From contig JASGHJ010000001.1 in the NCBI GenBank assembly GCA_047602405.1, positions 288,001-352,000 of the forward strand: a stretch of DNA of 64,000 bases, in the 5' to 3' direction. Source of the DNA: Anaeromyxobacteraceae bacterium. Its GTDB lineage: Bacteria > Myxococcota > Myxococcia > Myxococcales > Anaeromyxobacteraceae. The notes below the pieces were generated by a model. It did no database searches. It worked only from the letters and a program-made list of their open reading frames with translations, and was not told the origin of the DNA. Positions 10,752 to 24,683 of the stretch are shown here, one piece after another. A program made the translations under genes and the position numbers. The first letter of the stretch is position 1. The number at the start of each line of letters is the position of its first letter.

Positions 10752-11972
10752 ATGAAGAAGATCCTCGTCGCCCTCCTGCTCGCCGCCCCCTCCGCCGCGC
10801 TCGCGGCGGCCTACGCCATCCCCACCCAGAGCCCGCGCGACCTCGCGCTGCAGCAGTCCAACGTCGCCTCGCAGGAGGGCGCCGGCGCGGTGATGGCCAA
10901 CATGGCCGCGCTGTCCCGGCTCGAGGGCGCCTCCGCCACCGCCGCGCTCGAGATCGTCGACAACAAGACCGAGTGGTCCGACCCGACGCTCGGCTCGGCG
11001 AAGACGGTGCAGCACCCGGCCTACCCGCCCACGCTCTCGCTCGCCTGGGGCGGCCAGCTCTCCGGCGGCCGCCGCTACGGTGTCGGCGCCGGCATGCTGG
11101 TGGGCGGCGGCGGCTCGCTCTTCTGGCCCGAGGGCTGGGCCGGCTCGACGCGCATCCGCGAGGTCGACCAGCGCTGGTTCATCGCCCGCGCGGGCGGCGG
11201 CATCGAGGTCGGCGGCGGGCTGCGCCTCGGCGGCGGCGTCGTCTTCCACCGCATCACCGAGATCCTGAAGCAGGACGTCAACTTCGTCTCGTCGGTCGGC
11301 ACGGCCGAGGTCGCGCTCGCCGGCAACGGCTGGTCGTTCGCGGCCTCCGCCGAGTACGACGTGCCGAGCCTCCCGCTCACCCTCGGCGTCGACTACCGCC
11401 ACCAGGCGAAGTTCACGCTGAAGGGGGACGCGCACTTCGAGGGCGTGCCGCCCGCGTACCAGCCGCTCCTCCAGGACCAGGGCGCGAAGCAGGAGACCGC
11501 GGTGCCGAACGAGCTCTTCGTGGGGCTCGCGTGGAAGGTCCACCCCGGCGTCCGCCTCACCGGCGCGTGGAGCCACGAGCGGTGGATCGTCTACAAGGAG
11601 GACAGGTTCGTCGGCGACAAGGGCTTCACGGTCGACGTCCCGCGCAACTACAAGAACGGCTGGGTCTACCGGCTCGGCCTCGAGGACGAGCACCCGGCCT
11701 GGGCCCCGCCGCTCACCCTCCGCGTCGGCGCGCAGCGCTCGATCTCGAACCCGCCGACCGACACGCTCTCGCCCACCCTCTCCGACGCCTCGAGCTGGGG
11801 CTTCTCGGCGGGCGCGGGCTGGCAGCTCCTCCCGTCGCTCCGGGTGGACGCCGCGTACATGCTCGCGCTCCTCGACGACATCACGGCGACCGGCAACGAC
11901 GCGCTCCCGGGCACGTACAAGACGAAGGTGAACTTCTTCACCTTCGGGCTCACCTGGTCGCCGGGGCGGTAG
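10752..11972 (+). CDS. FadL/OmpP1 family outer-membrane hydrophobic-compound channel
   Basis: Signal peptide, ANMAALSRLEG hatch (NPA-like motif), PRNYKNGWVYRLG, SPTLSDA, about 400 aa beta-barrel. Confidence 0.8.
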   Translation: MKKILVALLLAAPSAALAAAYAIPTQSPRDLALQQSNVASQEGAGAVMANMAALSRLEGASATAALEIVDNKTEWSDPTLGSAKTVQHPAYPPTLSLAWGGQLSGGRRYGVGAGMLVGGGGSLFWPEGWAGSTRIREVDQRWFIARAGGGIEVGGGLRLGGGVVFHRITEILKQDVNFVSSVGTAEVALAGNGWSFAASAEYDVPSLPLTLGVDYRHQAKFTLKGDAHFEGVPPAYQPLLQDQGAKQETAVPNELFVGLAWKVHPGVRLTGAWSHERWIVYKEDRFVGDKGFTVDVPRNYKNGWVYRLGLEDEHPAWAPPLTLRVGAQRSISNPPTDTLSPTLSDASSWGFSAGAGWQLLPSLRVDAAYMLALLDDITATGNDALPGTYKTKVNFFTFGLTWSPGR

Positions 11973-11973
11973 C

Positions 11974-12918
11974 TCACTCCCGCTCGAGCTGCCGCACCCG
12001 GAGCCCGCGCGCCTCGAGGAGCGCGAGGAGCCCCTTCGGCCCGACCACGTGGCCGGCGCCCACCACCGCGAGGTGCGTGCGCCGGCCGCCGGCGAGCGGC
12101 GCGAGCACGTCCGCCATGGCGCGGTTGCGCGCCCAGAAGACCGTCTCGTAGAGCGGCGCGAGGTCCGGGTCGGTTGCGCGCTCGAGCAGGATCGCGGCCA
12201 TGGCCGCCGCGTCGCCGCCCTGCCACGCGGCGGCCGCCGCCTCCACGGTGCGGACCGTCTCGGCGCTCCCCTCGAGCACGTCGCGCAGGAGGAGCACCTG
12301 GGTCGGCTCGGGCAGGCCCGCGAGCATGCGCAGCTGCCGCTCCATCGACTCGAGCTCGAGGATCTCGCCGGTCGCCTGGAAGCGCTCGAAGAGGAGCCGG
12401 TCGACGCCGGCGCCCGGGGCGTACCCGGCGCGCTCGAGCTCGCTCATCGAGAGCATCGTCGCGAGGAACCACGGGCGGAGCGAGGCGACCGCCTTCGGGA
12501 GGAGGTGGTTGCGCCGGAGCGCCTCGGGCAGGAGCTCCCGCGTGCGGGCGTCGAGGTGCGCGTCGAGGTCGTCCGGCGCGCGATAGGTCCCGAGGCCCAT
12601 CACGAGCCCCTTCACGACCTCGGGATCCGCCCTCCGGGGATCCACCTCGAGCACGAGCGCGTCGACGCGGCCCAGGACCCGCTCGAACCCCGGCGGGAAC
12701 GTGAACTGGCCGGGCTTGCCCACGTGCACGGACCCGCTGAGGTAGAGGGGCCGGCCCACCCCGTCGGGCCGGGTCACCTCCCAGAGGAAGGCCCGGGCCT
12801 CGGAGGCGGGGCCGGCCGCGGGCCAGGCCTGCTTGGCCGCCTGCGGCCCCGCGCAAGCGCCGGAGAGCAGGCCGGCGGCCAGGAGGGCGACCGCGCGAAC
12901 GGTGGGTCTCGTGGGCAT
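11974..12918 (-). CDS. TraB/GumN family protein
   Basis: FLWEV, YLSGSVH, GVD, LESMERQL, ARNRAMA and VVGAGH motifs. Confidence 0.85.
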   Translation of the reverse strand: MPTRPTVRAVALLAAGLLSGACAGPQAAKQAWPAAGPASEARAFLWEVTRPDGVGRPLYLSGSVHVGKPGQFTFPPGFERVLGRVDALVLEVDPRRADPEVVKGLVMGLGTYRAPDDLDAHLDARTRELLPEALRRNHLLPKAVASLRPWFLATMLSMSELERAGYAPGAGVDRLLFERFQATGEILELESMERQLRMLAGLPEPTQVLLLRDVLEGSAETVRTVEAAAAAWQGGDAAAMAAILLERATDPDLAPLYETVFWARNRAMADVLAPLAGGRRTHLAVVGAGHVVGPKGLLALLEARGLRVRQLERE

Positions 12919-13006
12919 TCCCCCCGAGGCTACCACCGACCCGGGTGACCGCCCCCCGTGCTAGGCTCCCACCACCGGCCCGAGGCTCCCGGACGAGGAG
13001 AACGCC

Positions 13007-13723
13007 ATCGCAACCCAGCGAAAGCCCACCCGTACGTCGCAGGCCCGGCCCGAGCGCGGCGCCCGCCCGGCGTCCGCCCGCAAGCCCGCCGCCCCCGGGA
13101 AGGGCCGCGGCCGCGCCGGCACCACCGCGAAGCCGGCCCGGCGCAACGCGGCAGGGCGGCACCCGTCCCCCGAGCTCGAGGGTACCGACGGCTTCGCGCC
13201 GGTCTCGCACAAGGTCGGCAAGGTCCGCGCCCCGGCGAAGCCCGCCGTGCGGGAGATCGGCTGGGCCGCCTTCGGCGAGATCGTGAAGAACCTCGCCGCC
13301 CGCATCCAGGCGAGGTACCGGCCGGCGGCGGTGGTCGGCATCGCCCGCGGCGGCGTCTTCGTGGGCGGGGCCCTCTCGACGGCCCTCGGCGCCGAGTTCT
13401 ACCCGATCCGGATCGAGCGGCGCCGCCGCGACATGGGCGTCCTGCCGCACGCCGTCGTGGAGCTGCCCCACCTCGCCGGCAAGCGCGTGCTCGTGGTCGA
13501 CGACCTCGCGTCGACCGGCGCGACCCTCGCGCGGGCCCGCGCGGTCTCGAAGAAGGCGGGCGCGGGCGAGGTGAAGACGGCGGTGCTCGTGGCCCGCAGC
13601 GGCGCGCGGCCGGACTTCTCGGTCTTCGAGACCGAGGACGTGATCCTGTTCGCCTGGGACTACGACGTCGCCGGCGGCGGGGGCAGCGGCGGCGCGGTGG
13701 ATCCGGGGGAAGTCGGGGTCTGA
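13007..13723 (+). CDS. Type I phosphoribosyltransferase; the ORF track starts at 13247, but an ATC start at 13007 is possible
   Basis: VVGIARGG and PRPP motif [14 protein letters not shown]; frame open from 12965; GAGGAG 6 nt before ATC. Confidence 0.75.
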   Translation: MATQRKPTRTSQARPERGARPASARKPAAPGKGRGRAGTTAKPARRNAAGRHPSPELEGTDGFAPVSHKVGKVRAPAKPAVREIGWAAFGEIVKNLAARIQARYRPAAVVGIARGGVFVGGALSTALGAEFYPIRIERRRRDMGVLPHAVVELPHLAGKRVLVVDDLASTGATLARARAVSKKAGAGEVKTAVLVARSGARPDFSVFETEDVILFAWDYDVAGGGGSGGAVDPGEVGV

Positions 13724-15664
13724 GTGAAGCGCGTCGTCCTCGGCACCGCGGGCCACATCGACCACGGCAAGACCGCGCTCGTCCGCGCCCTCACCGGCGT
13801 CGACACCGACCGGCTCGCCGAGGAGAAGCGCCGCGGCATCACCATCGAGCTCGGGTTCGCGCACCTCGCGCTGCCGAACGGCACGGTCGCGGGCGTCGTG
13901 GACGTGCCGGGGCACGAGCGCTTCGTGCGCGCGATGGCCGCCGGGGCGGGCGGCATCGACCTCGTCATGCTCGTCGTCGCCGCCGACGAGGGGCTCATGC
14001 CCCAGACCCGCGAGCACCTCGACATCTGCCGCCTGCTCGGCGTGCCCGCCGGCATCGTGGTCGTGACGAAGTCCGACCTCCTCTCCGGGCTCGGCGCCGA
14101 CTGGCTCGGGCTGCTCGAGGAGGAGATCCGCGCCGCCACGAAGGGGAGCTTCCTCGAGGCCGCGCCCATCGTGCCGGTCTCCGCCGTCTCCGGCGACGGC
14201 ATCCCGAGGCTCCTCGAGGAGCTCGCGAAGCTCGCGGCCGCGGTGCCCGAGCGCCCGGCCGACGGGCCGCTCTTCCTGCCGCTCGACCGCGCCTTCTCGC
14301 TGAAGGGCTTCGGCACGGTCGTGACGGGCACGCTCCTCTCCGGCGAGCTCGCGCCGGAGGACGAGGTGGTGCTCCTCCCCGGGCACCCGACGCCGCTGCG
14401 CGTGCGCTCGGTGCAGGTGCACGGGAAGCCCGCCCCGAAGGCCCTGGCCGGCCAGCGCACCGCGGTGAACCTCCCCGGCGTCGAGACCTCCGCGGTCCAC
14501 CGCGGGCAGGTCCTCGTGAAGCCGGGCGTCGTGCCCGCCTCCTCGCTCCTCGACGTCGAGGTCGCGCTGCTCGAGGCCGCCCCGGGCCCGCTGCGCCACC
14601 GCGCGAAGCTCCTCCTCCACGTCGGCACGATGCAGGCCCAGTGCGCGGTCTCCTGGCTCGACCGCGCCGAGCTTGCGCCGGGCGGCGCCGCGTTCGGCCA
14701 GCTCCGGCTCATGGAGCCGGTCGCCGCGCTCCCCGGGCAGCGCTTCATCCTGCGCGGCTTCGCGGCGCTCGAGGGGCGCGGCCACACCGTGGCGGGCGGC
14801 CGGATCCTCGGCGTCGCCGCGCCCCGCCGCCGGCGCGGCCGCCCCGAGCCGCTCCAGGCGCTGAAGGTGCTCGCGACCGGCGAGCCCGACGCGCGGCTCG
14901 CCACCGTGCTCGAGGGCGCCGGCCCCGCCGGCCTCGAGGCCCCGGCGCTCCAGGGGCGCACGGCGCTCGCCGCGAAGGCGGTGCAGGCCGGGCTCGAGCG
15001 GCTCGGCGCGCGCGGCGCGGCGGTGCTCTTCGACCGGGAGAAGCGGGCCTGGGCGGGCGGCCAGGTCGCCGCCGAGCTCTCCCGCCGCATCGTCGCGGCG
15101 GTCGACGCCTTCCACGCCGCCCACCCGCTCGAGGCGGGCGTCGGGCGCGAGGCCCTGCGCGGGCGGCTGCCGCCGGTGGTCGATCCCCGCCTGTTCCAGC
15201 GGCTCCTCGCCGGGCTCGCCGAGAAGGGCGAGCTCGTGGTGGAGGGCGACGCCGTCCGGCGGAAGGGCCACACCGCCGCGGCCGCGGGCGGCGCGGGCGG
15301 CGCGCTCAAGGACCGCGTCGCGGAGGTGCTCGCGAAGGGCGGCCTCACCCCGCCCTGGCTGAACGAGCTGCCCGCCGCGGCCGGCGCGAGCACGGGCGAC
15401 GTCGCGGCGGTGCTGAAGCTCCTCCTCGCCGAGGGCAAGGTCGTGCGCGCCTCGGCCGAGCTCTGGTTCGACGCGGCGGCGGTGGCGGGGCTGAAGGACC
15501 GGCTGGTCGGGCACCTCAAGGCGCACAAGGAGATCACGACGCAGGCGTTCAAGGACCTCGTGGGCGCGACCCGCAAGCACGTCATCCCGCTCGCCGAGTA
15601 CTTCGACCGCGAGAAGGTGACGCTGCGCGTGGGCGAGAAGCGGATCCTCCGGGAGAAGGTGTGA
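13724..15664 (+). CDS. selB: Selenocysteine-specific elongation factor SelB
   Basis: [32 protein letters not shown] and C-terminal winged helix [13 protein letters not shown]. Confidence 0.97.
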   Translation: MKRVVLGTAGHIDHGKTALVRALTGVDTDRLAEEKRRGITIELGFAHLALPNGTVAGVVDVPGHERFVRAMAAGAGGIDLVMLVVAADEGLMPQTREHLDICRLLGVPAGIVVVTKSDLLSGLGADWLGLLEEEIRAATKGSFLEAAPIVPVSAVSGDGIPRLLEELAKLAAAVPERPADGPLFLPLDRAFSLKGFGTVVTGTLLSGELAPEDEVVLLPGHPTPLRVRSVQVHGKPAPKALAGQRTAVNLPGVETSAVHRGQVLVKPGVVPASSLLDVEVALLEAAPGPLRHRAKLLLHVGTMQAQCAVSWLDRAELAPGGAAFGQLRLMEPVAALPGQRFILRGFAALEGRGHTVAGGRILGVAAPRRRRGRPEPLQALKVLATGEPDARLATVLEGAGPAGLEAPALQGRTALAAKAVQAGLERLGARGAAVLFDREKRAWAGGQVAAELSRRIVAAVDAFHAAHPLEAGVGREALRGRLPPVVDPRLFQRLLAGLAEKGELVVEGDAVRRKGHTAAAAGGAGGALKDRVAEVLAKGGLTPPWLNELPAAAGASTGDVAAVLKLLLAEGKVVRASAELWFDAAAVAGLKDRLVGHLKAHKEITTQAFKDLVGATRKHVIPLAEYFDREKVTLRVGEKRILREKV

Positions 15665-18273
15665 CCTCGCCGCTCGGCGCCGACGCGGGCGGGACGCTCG
15701 TCGTGCGCGACCAGCGGATCTCGTGGGTCACCGCGGGCGTCGCGCGCCTCCTCGGGCGGGCCGCCGCGGAGGTGGTCGGGCTCAGGTTCACCGACCTCGT
15801 CGTGCCGGAGGACCAGGCCCGGCTGCTCGAGCGCTACGCGCGCCGCCTCGCCGGCGAGCCCATCCCGCTCGACCTCGAGACCACGCTCGTGCGGCCGGAC
15901 GGGACCCGGGTGCCGGTCGAGGCGCGGGTGGCGCTCGAGGGCGAGGAGTTCGTGGTCCAGCTCCGCGACGCGACCGCGCTCGTCGCGCGCCGGCCCCGCC
16001 TCTCGGCGGTCGCGGAGCTCGGCGTCGCCATCCAGCGCGAGCGGGGCGAGGCCGGGGTGCTGTCGCGGGTGCGGGCGGGGCTGGCCGCGGCCGGGCTGTG
16101 GTCGCTCCTCGTGCGGGTCGAGGGCGGCGGCCTCACGGTGGAGTGGGCGGAGCTGCCCCGGGAGGCGCTCGACGCCTTCCGGGCGCGGAGCGGGCGCGAC
16201 ATCGAGGGGCTCGACGGCGCGTGGAGCACCTTCGCGCGCAAGGTCTGGGGCGAAGGCGCGGCGTACACCGACGACTGGGGCGCCTCGGCGGGCTCCTTCG
16301 TGATGCCCGACGACGCCGAGGCCGTGAGGCGCTTCGCGACCCGGCTCGGCCTCTCCCGGGCGGTCGGGGTGCGCCTCGACGAGCGCGAGGCGCCGCGCTT
16401 CTACCTCGTGCTCCTCGGGGAGTGGCTGCGGCCGGAGGACGTGGCCGCGGCCCGCCTGTTCGGCTCGCAGAATCGCCGCCGCCCTCGACGCCGCCCGCGT
16501 CATCTCCGACCTCTCCGCCCGCAACGCCGAGCTCGCGGCGCTCTCGCGGCTCGGCGAGCTCGCGGGCGACACGACCGACCTCGCCGCCTTCTTCGCCGCC
16601 GCGCTCGGCATCGTGCGGGAGGTCGTCGGCTGCGACGCCGCGGCGGTCTGGAACTTCGACCCCGGGACCGGCGACCTCGTGCTCGTCCACGGCGTCGGCG
16701 GCGGCGCCGCGCAGCGGCGGGCGCACGCGCGGCTCCCGGCGGGCCACCCGCTGGTCGCGGCGCTCTCGCAGCGCAACGCCTTCACCGCGGAGGTGGGCGA
16801 CACCGGCCCCTTCGGCGACGCCGTCGCCGCGGCGGGCATGGGCTCGGGCGCCTGGGTCCCGCTCTTCTCCCACTCGCGGCCCATCGGCGCGCTCGCGGTC
16901 GCGTACGGGCGGCCGGGCCTCGCGGCGGGGCGGCTGGAGGTGCTCGCCGCCGCGGGCGCGCACGTCGCGGGCGCGATCGCCACGCACCGCCTGCTCGAGG
17001 ACCTCCGCCGGCGCGTCGGAGAGCTCACGCTGTTCAACGAGCTCGCCCAACAGGTCTTCCGCAGCGAGCCCGGCGACGTGGCCGGGCTCCTCGACGCCGG
17101 CTGCCGCCAGGTGGCGCAGGCGCTCCAGGCCGACGCCGCGTGCGCGCTGCTCCTCTCCGAGGACGGCCGCCACCTCCGCCCCGCCGGCGCGCACGGCGCC
17201 CCCTACCCCGGCTTCCGGGAGCCGGTCGCGCTCGAGGAGTCCAGCCTGTCCGGCGAGGCGATCCGGAGCGGCAGGGCGGTGGTCTCGCCCGACGCCTCGC
17301 GGGACGCCCGGGCCTCGACGCGCCTGCGGGAGGCCCGGCCCCCGCTCGCCGTCCTCACCCTGCCGCTCACCGGCCGCCACGCCACCCGCGGCGTGGTGCT
17401 CGTCGCGAGCCACGCCGGCCGGGCCTGGGCCGACGGCGACCTCGCGGTCGCGACCGCGCTCGCGGGCCAGCTCGCGGTCGGCCTCGAGAACGCCGAGCTC
17501 TACGCCGAGGCCCGGAGGCGCGCCGACGAGCTGTCGGTCGCGCACCGCGAGCTCGAGCACGCCCAGCGGCAGCTCCTCCAGCGCGAGCGCCTGGCGGCCC
17601 TCGGCGAGCTCGCGGCGGTGGTCGCCCACGAGGTGCGCAACCCGCTGGGCGTCATCTTCAACTCGGTCGGCTCGCTGCGGCGGCTGCTCCGCCCGGAGGG
17701 CGACGCGCGGCTCCTCCTCGACATCGTGGCCGAGGAGGCCGAGCGGCTCAACCGCATCGTGGGCGACCTCCTCGACTTCGCCCGGCCCTCGACCCCGCAG
17801 CTCTTGCCGGGCCCCCTCGCGCAGGTGGTCGAGGAGGCCGTGGCCTCCGCGGTGGGCGCCATCCCCGGCGTCCGGGTCGAGACCGCGTTCGAGCCCGGGC
17901 TCCCGCCGGTCCCCATGGACGAGCGGCTCGTCCGCCAGGCGGTGCTCAACCTCGCGTCCAACGCCGCGCAGGCCATGCCGCAGGGGGGGCTCCTGCGCGT
18001 GCGCGTGCGGCGCGACGGCGCGGCGGTGGTGCTCGAGCTCGAGGACGAGGGCCCCGGCGTCCCGGAGGACGTCCGGCCGCGCATCTTCGAGCCGTTCTTC
18101 ACCACCAAGGCGAGCGGCACCGGCCTCGGGCTCGCGGTCGTGAAGCGCATCGTGGACGGCCACGGCGCCGAGATCGCGGTGCGGGCCGCCTCCGGCGGCG
18201 GGGCCCTGTTCGCGCTCCGGTTCCCGCTCGCCGAGGTTGAATCCGGCGGGCCGATCACGGTTCAATCGCGCCC

Positions 18274-18277
<4 letters not shown>
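15661..18277 (+). CDS. PAS/GAF sensor histidine kinase (one +1 frameshift near 16471)
   Basis: GTG overlaps the selB stop; PAS-like N-terminus, GAF domains, H-box [24 protein letters not shown]. Confidence 0.85.
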
Positions 18278-19653
<1,376 letters not shown>

Positions 19654-19671
19654 ACCCCGCCGAGCCGCGGC

Positions 19672-19706
19672 TTTCACTTCTGCAACGCCACCCTGCAACT
19701 CCGAAA
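19672..19706 (+). promoter_or_regulatory. Candidate enhancer (UAS) for a sigma54 activator
   Basis: Two inverted TGCA-N5-GAAA half-sites about 110 bp upstream of the -24 element. Confidence 0.4.
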
Positions 19707-19811
19707 TGCCAGCCCCGGTGCACCCGACGGTGCGCCTCGGACGGGGAGTCGAGGTGCGGCGGAAGTGCCCGCTGTTCCTCGCGTGGACCGCATGGGGCGC
19801 ACCGGCCGGCG

Positions 19812-19827
19812 CGGCACCCGCGTTGCA
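19812..19827 (+). promoter_or_regulatory. Sigma54 -24/-12 promoter
   Basis: CGGCAC-CCGCG-TTGCA with exact GG-N10-GC spacing. Confidence 0.75.
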
Positions 19828-19951
19828 GTTCAGTCCTGCGGGAAGTGCAGGGCCGTTCGTTGGAGTTGGATCCCCCCCCCGCTTCAGTGGCGCCCTGCCC
19901 TTCCCGTTCTCTTCACCCCGCCTCCTCGCCGCCCGCGCACCCGGACGCTCG

Positions 19952-20284
19952 ATGCCCGCCTACCTGATCGTCGACGAGGATCGGAACTTCCGCGAGGCGC
20001 TCGCGATCGGCCTGCGCCTCGACGGCCACGCGGCCCAGGTCGCCTCGAGCGCCGACGAGGCGGTCCTGCACCTCGCCACCGGCCGCTACGGCGTCTGCGT
20101 GGTGGACGCGCACCTGTGGAGCCTGAAGCGGGTGCTCGACGCGTGCGCGCGCCAGGCAGCGGTGCCGGTGCTCACCGGACCCCACGCCGACCTCGTGAAC
20201 AGCGCCGCGGAGAAGGTGCCGGCGGCGCGGGCGCTGCCGAAGCCGTTCGGCGCGGACGCGCTCGTGGCGCTGCACTCGCCCTGA
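19952..20284 (+). CDS. Single-domain response regulator receiver (CheY-like)
   Basis: YLIVDED, VVD, LTG and LPKPF motifs. Confidence 0.8.
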   Translation: MPAYLIVDEDRNFREALAIGLRLDGHAAQVASSADEAVLHLATGRYGVCVVDAHLWSLKRVLDACARQAAVPVLTGPHADLVNSAAEKVPAARALPKPFGADALVALHSP

Positions 20285-20289
20285 GCGAG

Positions 20290-20685
20290 TCACCTCAGGG
20301 CTTCGCCCTCGACCCTCTCGCGCAGTTCAGGGTGAGCGTCGATCGCCGCGAGCAAGTCGAGGCGTCCGCCGCCGGCGGCGTGCACGAAGTACGCGCTCGC
20401 CTCCGCGGGTTCCTGGATCCAGGTGGTCACCACCTCCAAAGCACCCTCGCGCTCGACGATCTCGTCGAGCGCGTCGTGGAGCAGTTCCGCCTCCGGCCCC
20501 ACGCAGCAGAACTCGGCACACCCAAGCCTGATCAGCTCGCGGGCGTCCGCCTCACCCTGTTGCCGTTCCGACGGGCCGTAGGCGGGCAGGAGGCTCGCGA
20601 AGGGCGGTCGAACCGAATCATCCAAGGGGAAGGTCACCGCCGCCAGGACGAGTGTCCGGCTCCGACCGAGGCTGATCGAACGCAT
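20290..20685 (-). CDS. Hypothetical protein
   Basis: GGAGG RBS, 131-aa ORF (GCAEFCCVG...LHDALDE...VVTTW), atypical codon usage. Confidence 0.55.
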   Translation of the reverse strand: MRSISLGRSRTLVLAAVTFPLDDSVRPPFASLLPAYGPSERQQGEADARELIRLGCAEFCCVGPEAELLHDALDEIVEREGALEVVTTWIQEPAEASAYFVHAAGGGRLDLLAAIDAHPELRERVEGEALR

Positions 20686-20868
20686 CTCACGCGCCTCCGT
20701 GTGCTTGGGCGCGCGGATCGCGCCGCGACTTCGGGTGAATCACCTGCCTGGCGGCACCCTCCCGACGAGAGAACCCGGAATCCGTAAGGTCATTCTCCGA
20801 TGATGTCCCTGCAGGGACGTTTGTCGTGAGGCGACGCGGTCGCGCCAACTTCACCCAGGCCGCCTGCC

Positions 20869-21189
20869 TCAGGGGTGGGCGGGCTGCACGACGAGGCGGA
20901 CGCCGAGCGCCGCGCAGACCCGTCGCACCGTATCGAAGCGCGGGGCGCTCTCCGGGCGGAGCGCCTTGTAGAGCGCCTCCCGGGTGATCCCGGCAGCCTT
21001 GGCGATCTCGGTCATCCCGCGGGCCCTGGCGATGTCGCCGAGCGCGACCGCCAGCAGGGAGGCGTCATTCGCCTCGATGACGTCGGTCAGGTAGGCGGCG
21101 ATGGCTTCCTCGCCGTCGAGGTAGGGGGCCGCATCGAACTCCCTGAGGTCGGCCACCTTGATCTTCTTCTTCACGCTTCCTCCCGTCAT
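20869..21189 (-). CDS. Addiction-module antitoxin (HI1420-like HTH)
   Basis: FDAAPYL, ALGDIARARGMTEIAKAAGITREALYKAL, PRFDT. Confidence 0.9.
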   Translation of the reverse strand: MTGGSVKKKIKVADLREFDAAPYLDGEEAIAAYLTDVIEANDASLLAVALGDIARARGMTEIAKAAGITREALYKALRPESAPRFDTVRRVCAALGVRLVVQPAHP

Positions 21190-21479
21190 TCCAGCAATGC
21201 GGCCAGCGCCTTGGCGCGGCGGATGTCGGCATCCTGGGTACGCTTCGAGCCACCAGCCAGCAACACGATGACCTGCGCGCCCCGCCGGACGAAGTAGACA
21301 CGCCAGCCGGCTCCGACGTGGATGCGCAGCTCCGAGACGCCGGCCCCCACGGCCTTCACATCACCGGCCAGCCCGAGCTCGAGCCGCTTGAGCCTGGCGA
21401 GTACGACGCCGCGGACCGACGCGTCGTCGAGGGCGTCGAGCCACGCGGTGAACTCGGGGAGCGGCCGGATCGACCACAC
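21186..21479 (-). CDS. RelE/HigB-like addiction-module toxin (HI1419-like)
   Basis: FTAWLDALDD, GDVKAVGAGVSELRIHVGAGWRVYF, LLAGGSKRTQDADI; overlaps the antitoxin start. Confidence 0.9.
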   Translation of the reverse strand: MWSIRPLPEFTAWLDALDDASVRGVVLARLKRLELGLAGDVKAVGAGVSELRIHVGAGWRVYFVRRGAQVIVLLAGGSKRTQDADIRRAKALAALLE

Positions 21480-21485
21480 GCCCCA

Positions 21486-21514
21486 CCTGTAATCGATCGA
21501 CCACACCCGGTCAA
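21486..21514 (-). promoter_or_regulatory. TA promoter TTGACC-N17-TACAGG with an overlapping palindromic operator
   Basis: Imperfect palindrome TGTAATCGA/TCGACCACA at 21488-21505; -10 lies 6 nt before the GTG. Confidence 0.6.
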
Positions 21515-21599
21515 GCGACCGGGACCGTGGGTCGCGCTCCTCGAGCCGGCGCTCGGCCGTGACCCGATGTGCCGCCCTCCAGAGGCGTCTCCGCCGCGC

Positions 21600-23072
21600 C
21601 TACAGCAACAGCGCCCCGCCCGCCTGCGCCATCCGCACGACCGGCTCGGCGGCGAGGCCGAGCAGGACGACCACCGCGACGGCGGCCACCAGCGCGACGG
21701 CGGTCGCGGGCGCGGAGAGCACCTCGGTCTCGCCCTCGGCCGGCCGCATGTACATGTAGACCACCACGCGCAGGTAGTAGTAGACGCCGACCGCGCTCGT
21801 GAGCACGCCGACGATCGCGAACGCGGTGAGGTTCCCGCCGACGGCGGCCTGGAAGATGTAGAGCTTCCCGACGAAGCCCGCGGTGGGCGGGATGCCGGCG
21901 AGCGAGAGCAGGAACACCGCCATCGCGAACGCGAGCGCGGGCCGCTTCTTCGCGAGGCCGGCGAAGCGCGAGAGATCCCATGCGTCCACCGCCTCGTCGG
22001 TGGTCGCGCGCCGCTCCACCGCGCCGACGACCGCGAAGGCGCCGATGGCCGAGGCGGCGTACGAGGCGAGGTAGAACAGCATGCCCGCGAGCGCCTGGTT
22101 GCGCATGCCCGGGACCACGGCCGCGAGCACGCCGACGAGCAGGTAGCCCGCGTGCGCGATCGAGGAGTACGCGAGCATCCGCTTCACGCTGCGCTGCGGG
22201 AGCGCGAGCACGTTGCCGCCCGCCATCGTGAGGAGCGCGAGCACGCCGACGGCGGCGAAGATGGCGCTGCGCTGCGCGTGGTCGGTGACCGGGGCGGTGA
22301 CGAAGAGGCGGGCGAGCACCGCGAACGCGGCGGTCTTCACGCCGGCCGCCATGAAGGCGGTGACCGGGGTGGGCGCGCCCTCGTACACGTCGGGGGTCCA
22401 GACGTGGAACGGGACCGCGGCGACCTTGAAGGCGAGGCCGCCCGTCACGAGCGCGAAGCCGGCGACGTAGATCGCGTCGTGGCCGGGGTGCGCGGCGAGC
22501 TTCGAGAAGAGCGTCGTGCCGGCGGCGCCGTAGAGGAGCGCCGAGCCGTAGAGGAGCAGCGCGGAGGAGAACGCGCCGAGCACGAGGTACTTGAACGCGG
22601 CCTCGGACGGGCGGCGGCCGCGGCGCAGGTACGCCGAGAGCGCGTACGTGGCGATGCTCATCACCTCGATCGCCACGAAGGCGACGAGGAGGTCGGCGGC
22701 CATGCCGAGCAGCACCATGCCGCACGCGGCGAAGGTCGCGAGCGCGTAGAACTCGCCGCGCTCGGCGTTGCGGGCCGCGAGCCAGCCGGTGCCGACGAGC
22801 GCCGAGAGCGCGAGGCCGGCGCAGACCACCACGGTCACGAAGGCGGAGAAGTCGTCGACCACCGCCTGGCCGCCGAAGATCGGGCCGCCGGTCCGGTAGG
22901 CGAACGGCATCACGCCGGCGACCGCCGCGGTCACCGCGGTGAGCACCGCCTGGTAGCCGCGCTTGTCGGAGGTGAGGAACACCTCGGTGAGCAGCACGAT
23001 GATCGCGCCGAGGGTGAGGACCGCGACGGGGAGGAGCGCCAGGAAGTCCTGGGTCGGGAAGGTCGTCTGCAT
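21600..23072 (-). CDS. nuoN: NADH-quinone oxidoreductase subunit N
   Basis: [50 protein letters not shown]. Confidence 0.95.
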   Translation of the reverse strand: MQTTFPTQDFLALLPVAVLTLGAIIVLLTEVFLTSDKRGYQAVLTAVTAAVAGVMPFAYRTGGPIFGGQAVVDDFSAFVTVVVCAGLALSALVGTGWLAARNAERGEFYALATFAACGMVLLGMAADLLVAFVAIEVMSIATYALSAYLRRGRRPSEAAFKYLVLGAFSSALLLYGSALLYGAAGTTLFSKLAAHPGHDAIYVAGFALVTGGLAFKVAAVPFHVWTPDVYEGAPTPVTAFMAAGVKTAAFAVLARLFVTAPVTDHAQRSAIFAAVGVLALLTMAGGNVLALPQRSVKRMLAYSSIAHAGYLLVGVLAAVVPGMRNQALAGMLFYLASYAASAIGAFAVVGAVERRATTDEAVDAWDLSRFAGLAKKRPALAFAMAVFLLSLAGIPPTAGFVGKLYIFQAAVGGNLTAFAIVGVLTSAVGVYYYLRVVVYMYMRPAEGETEVLSAPATAVALVAAVAVVVLLGLAAEPVVRMAQAGGALLL

Positions 23073-23074
23073 GT

Positions 23075-24683
<1,609 letters not shown>

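Noticed and set aside
20290..21514. Prophage or defence island
   Set aside because: Only a TA pair and one hypothetical gene; no integrase, att repeats or phage genes.
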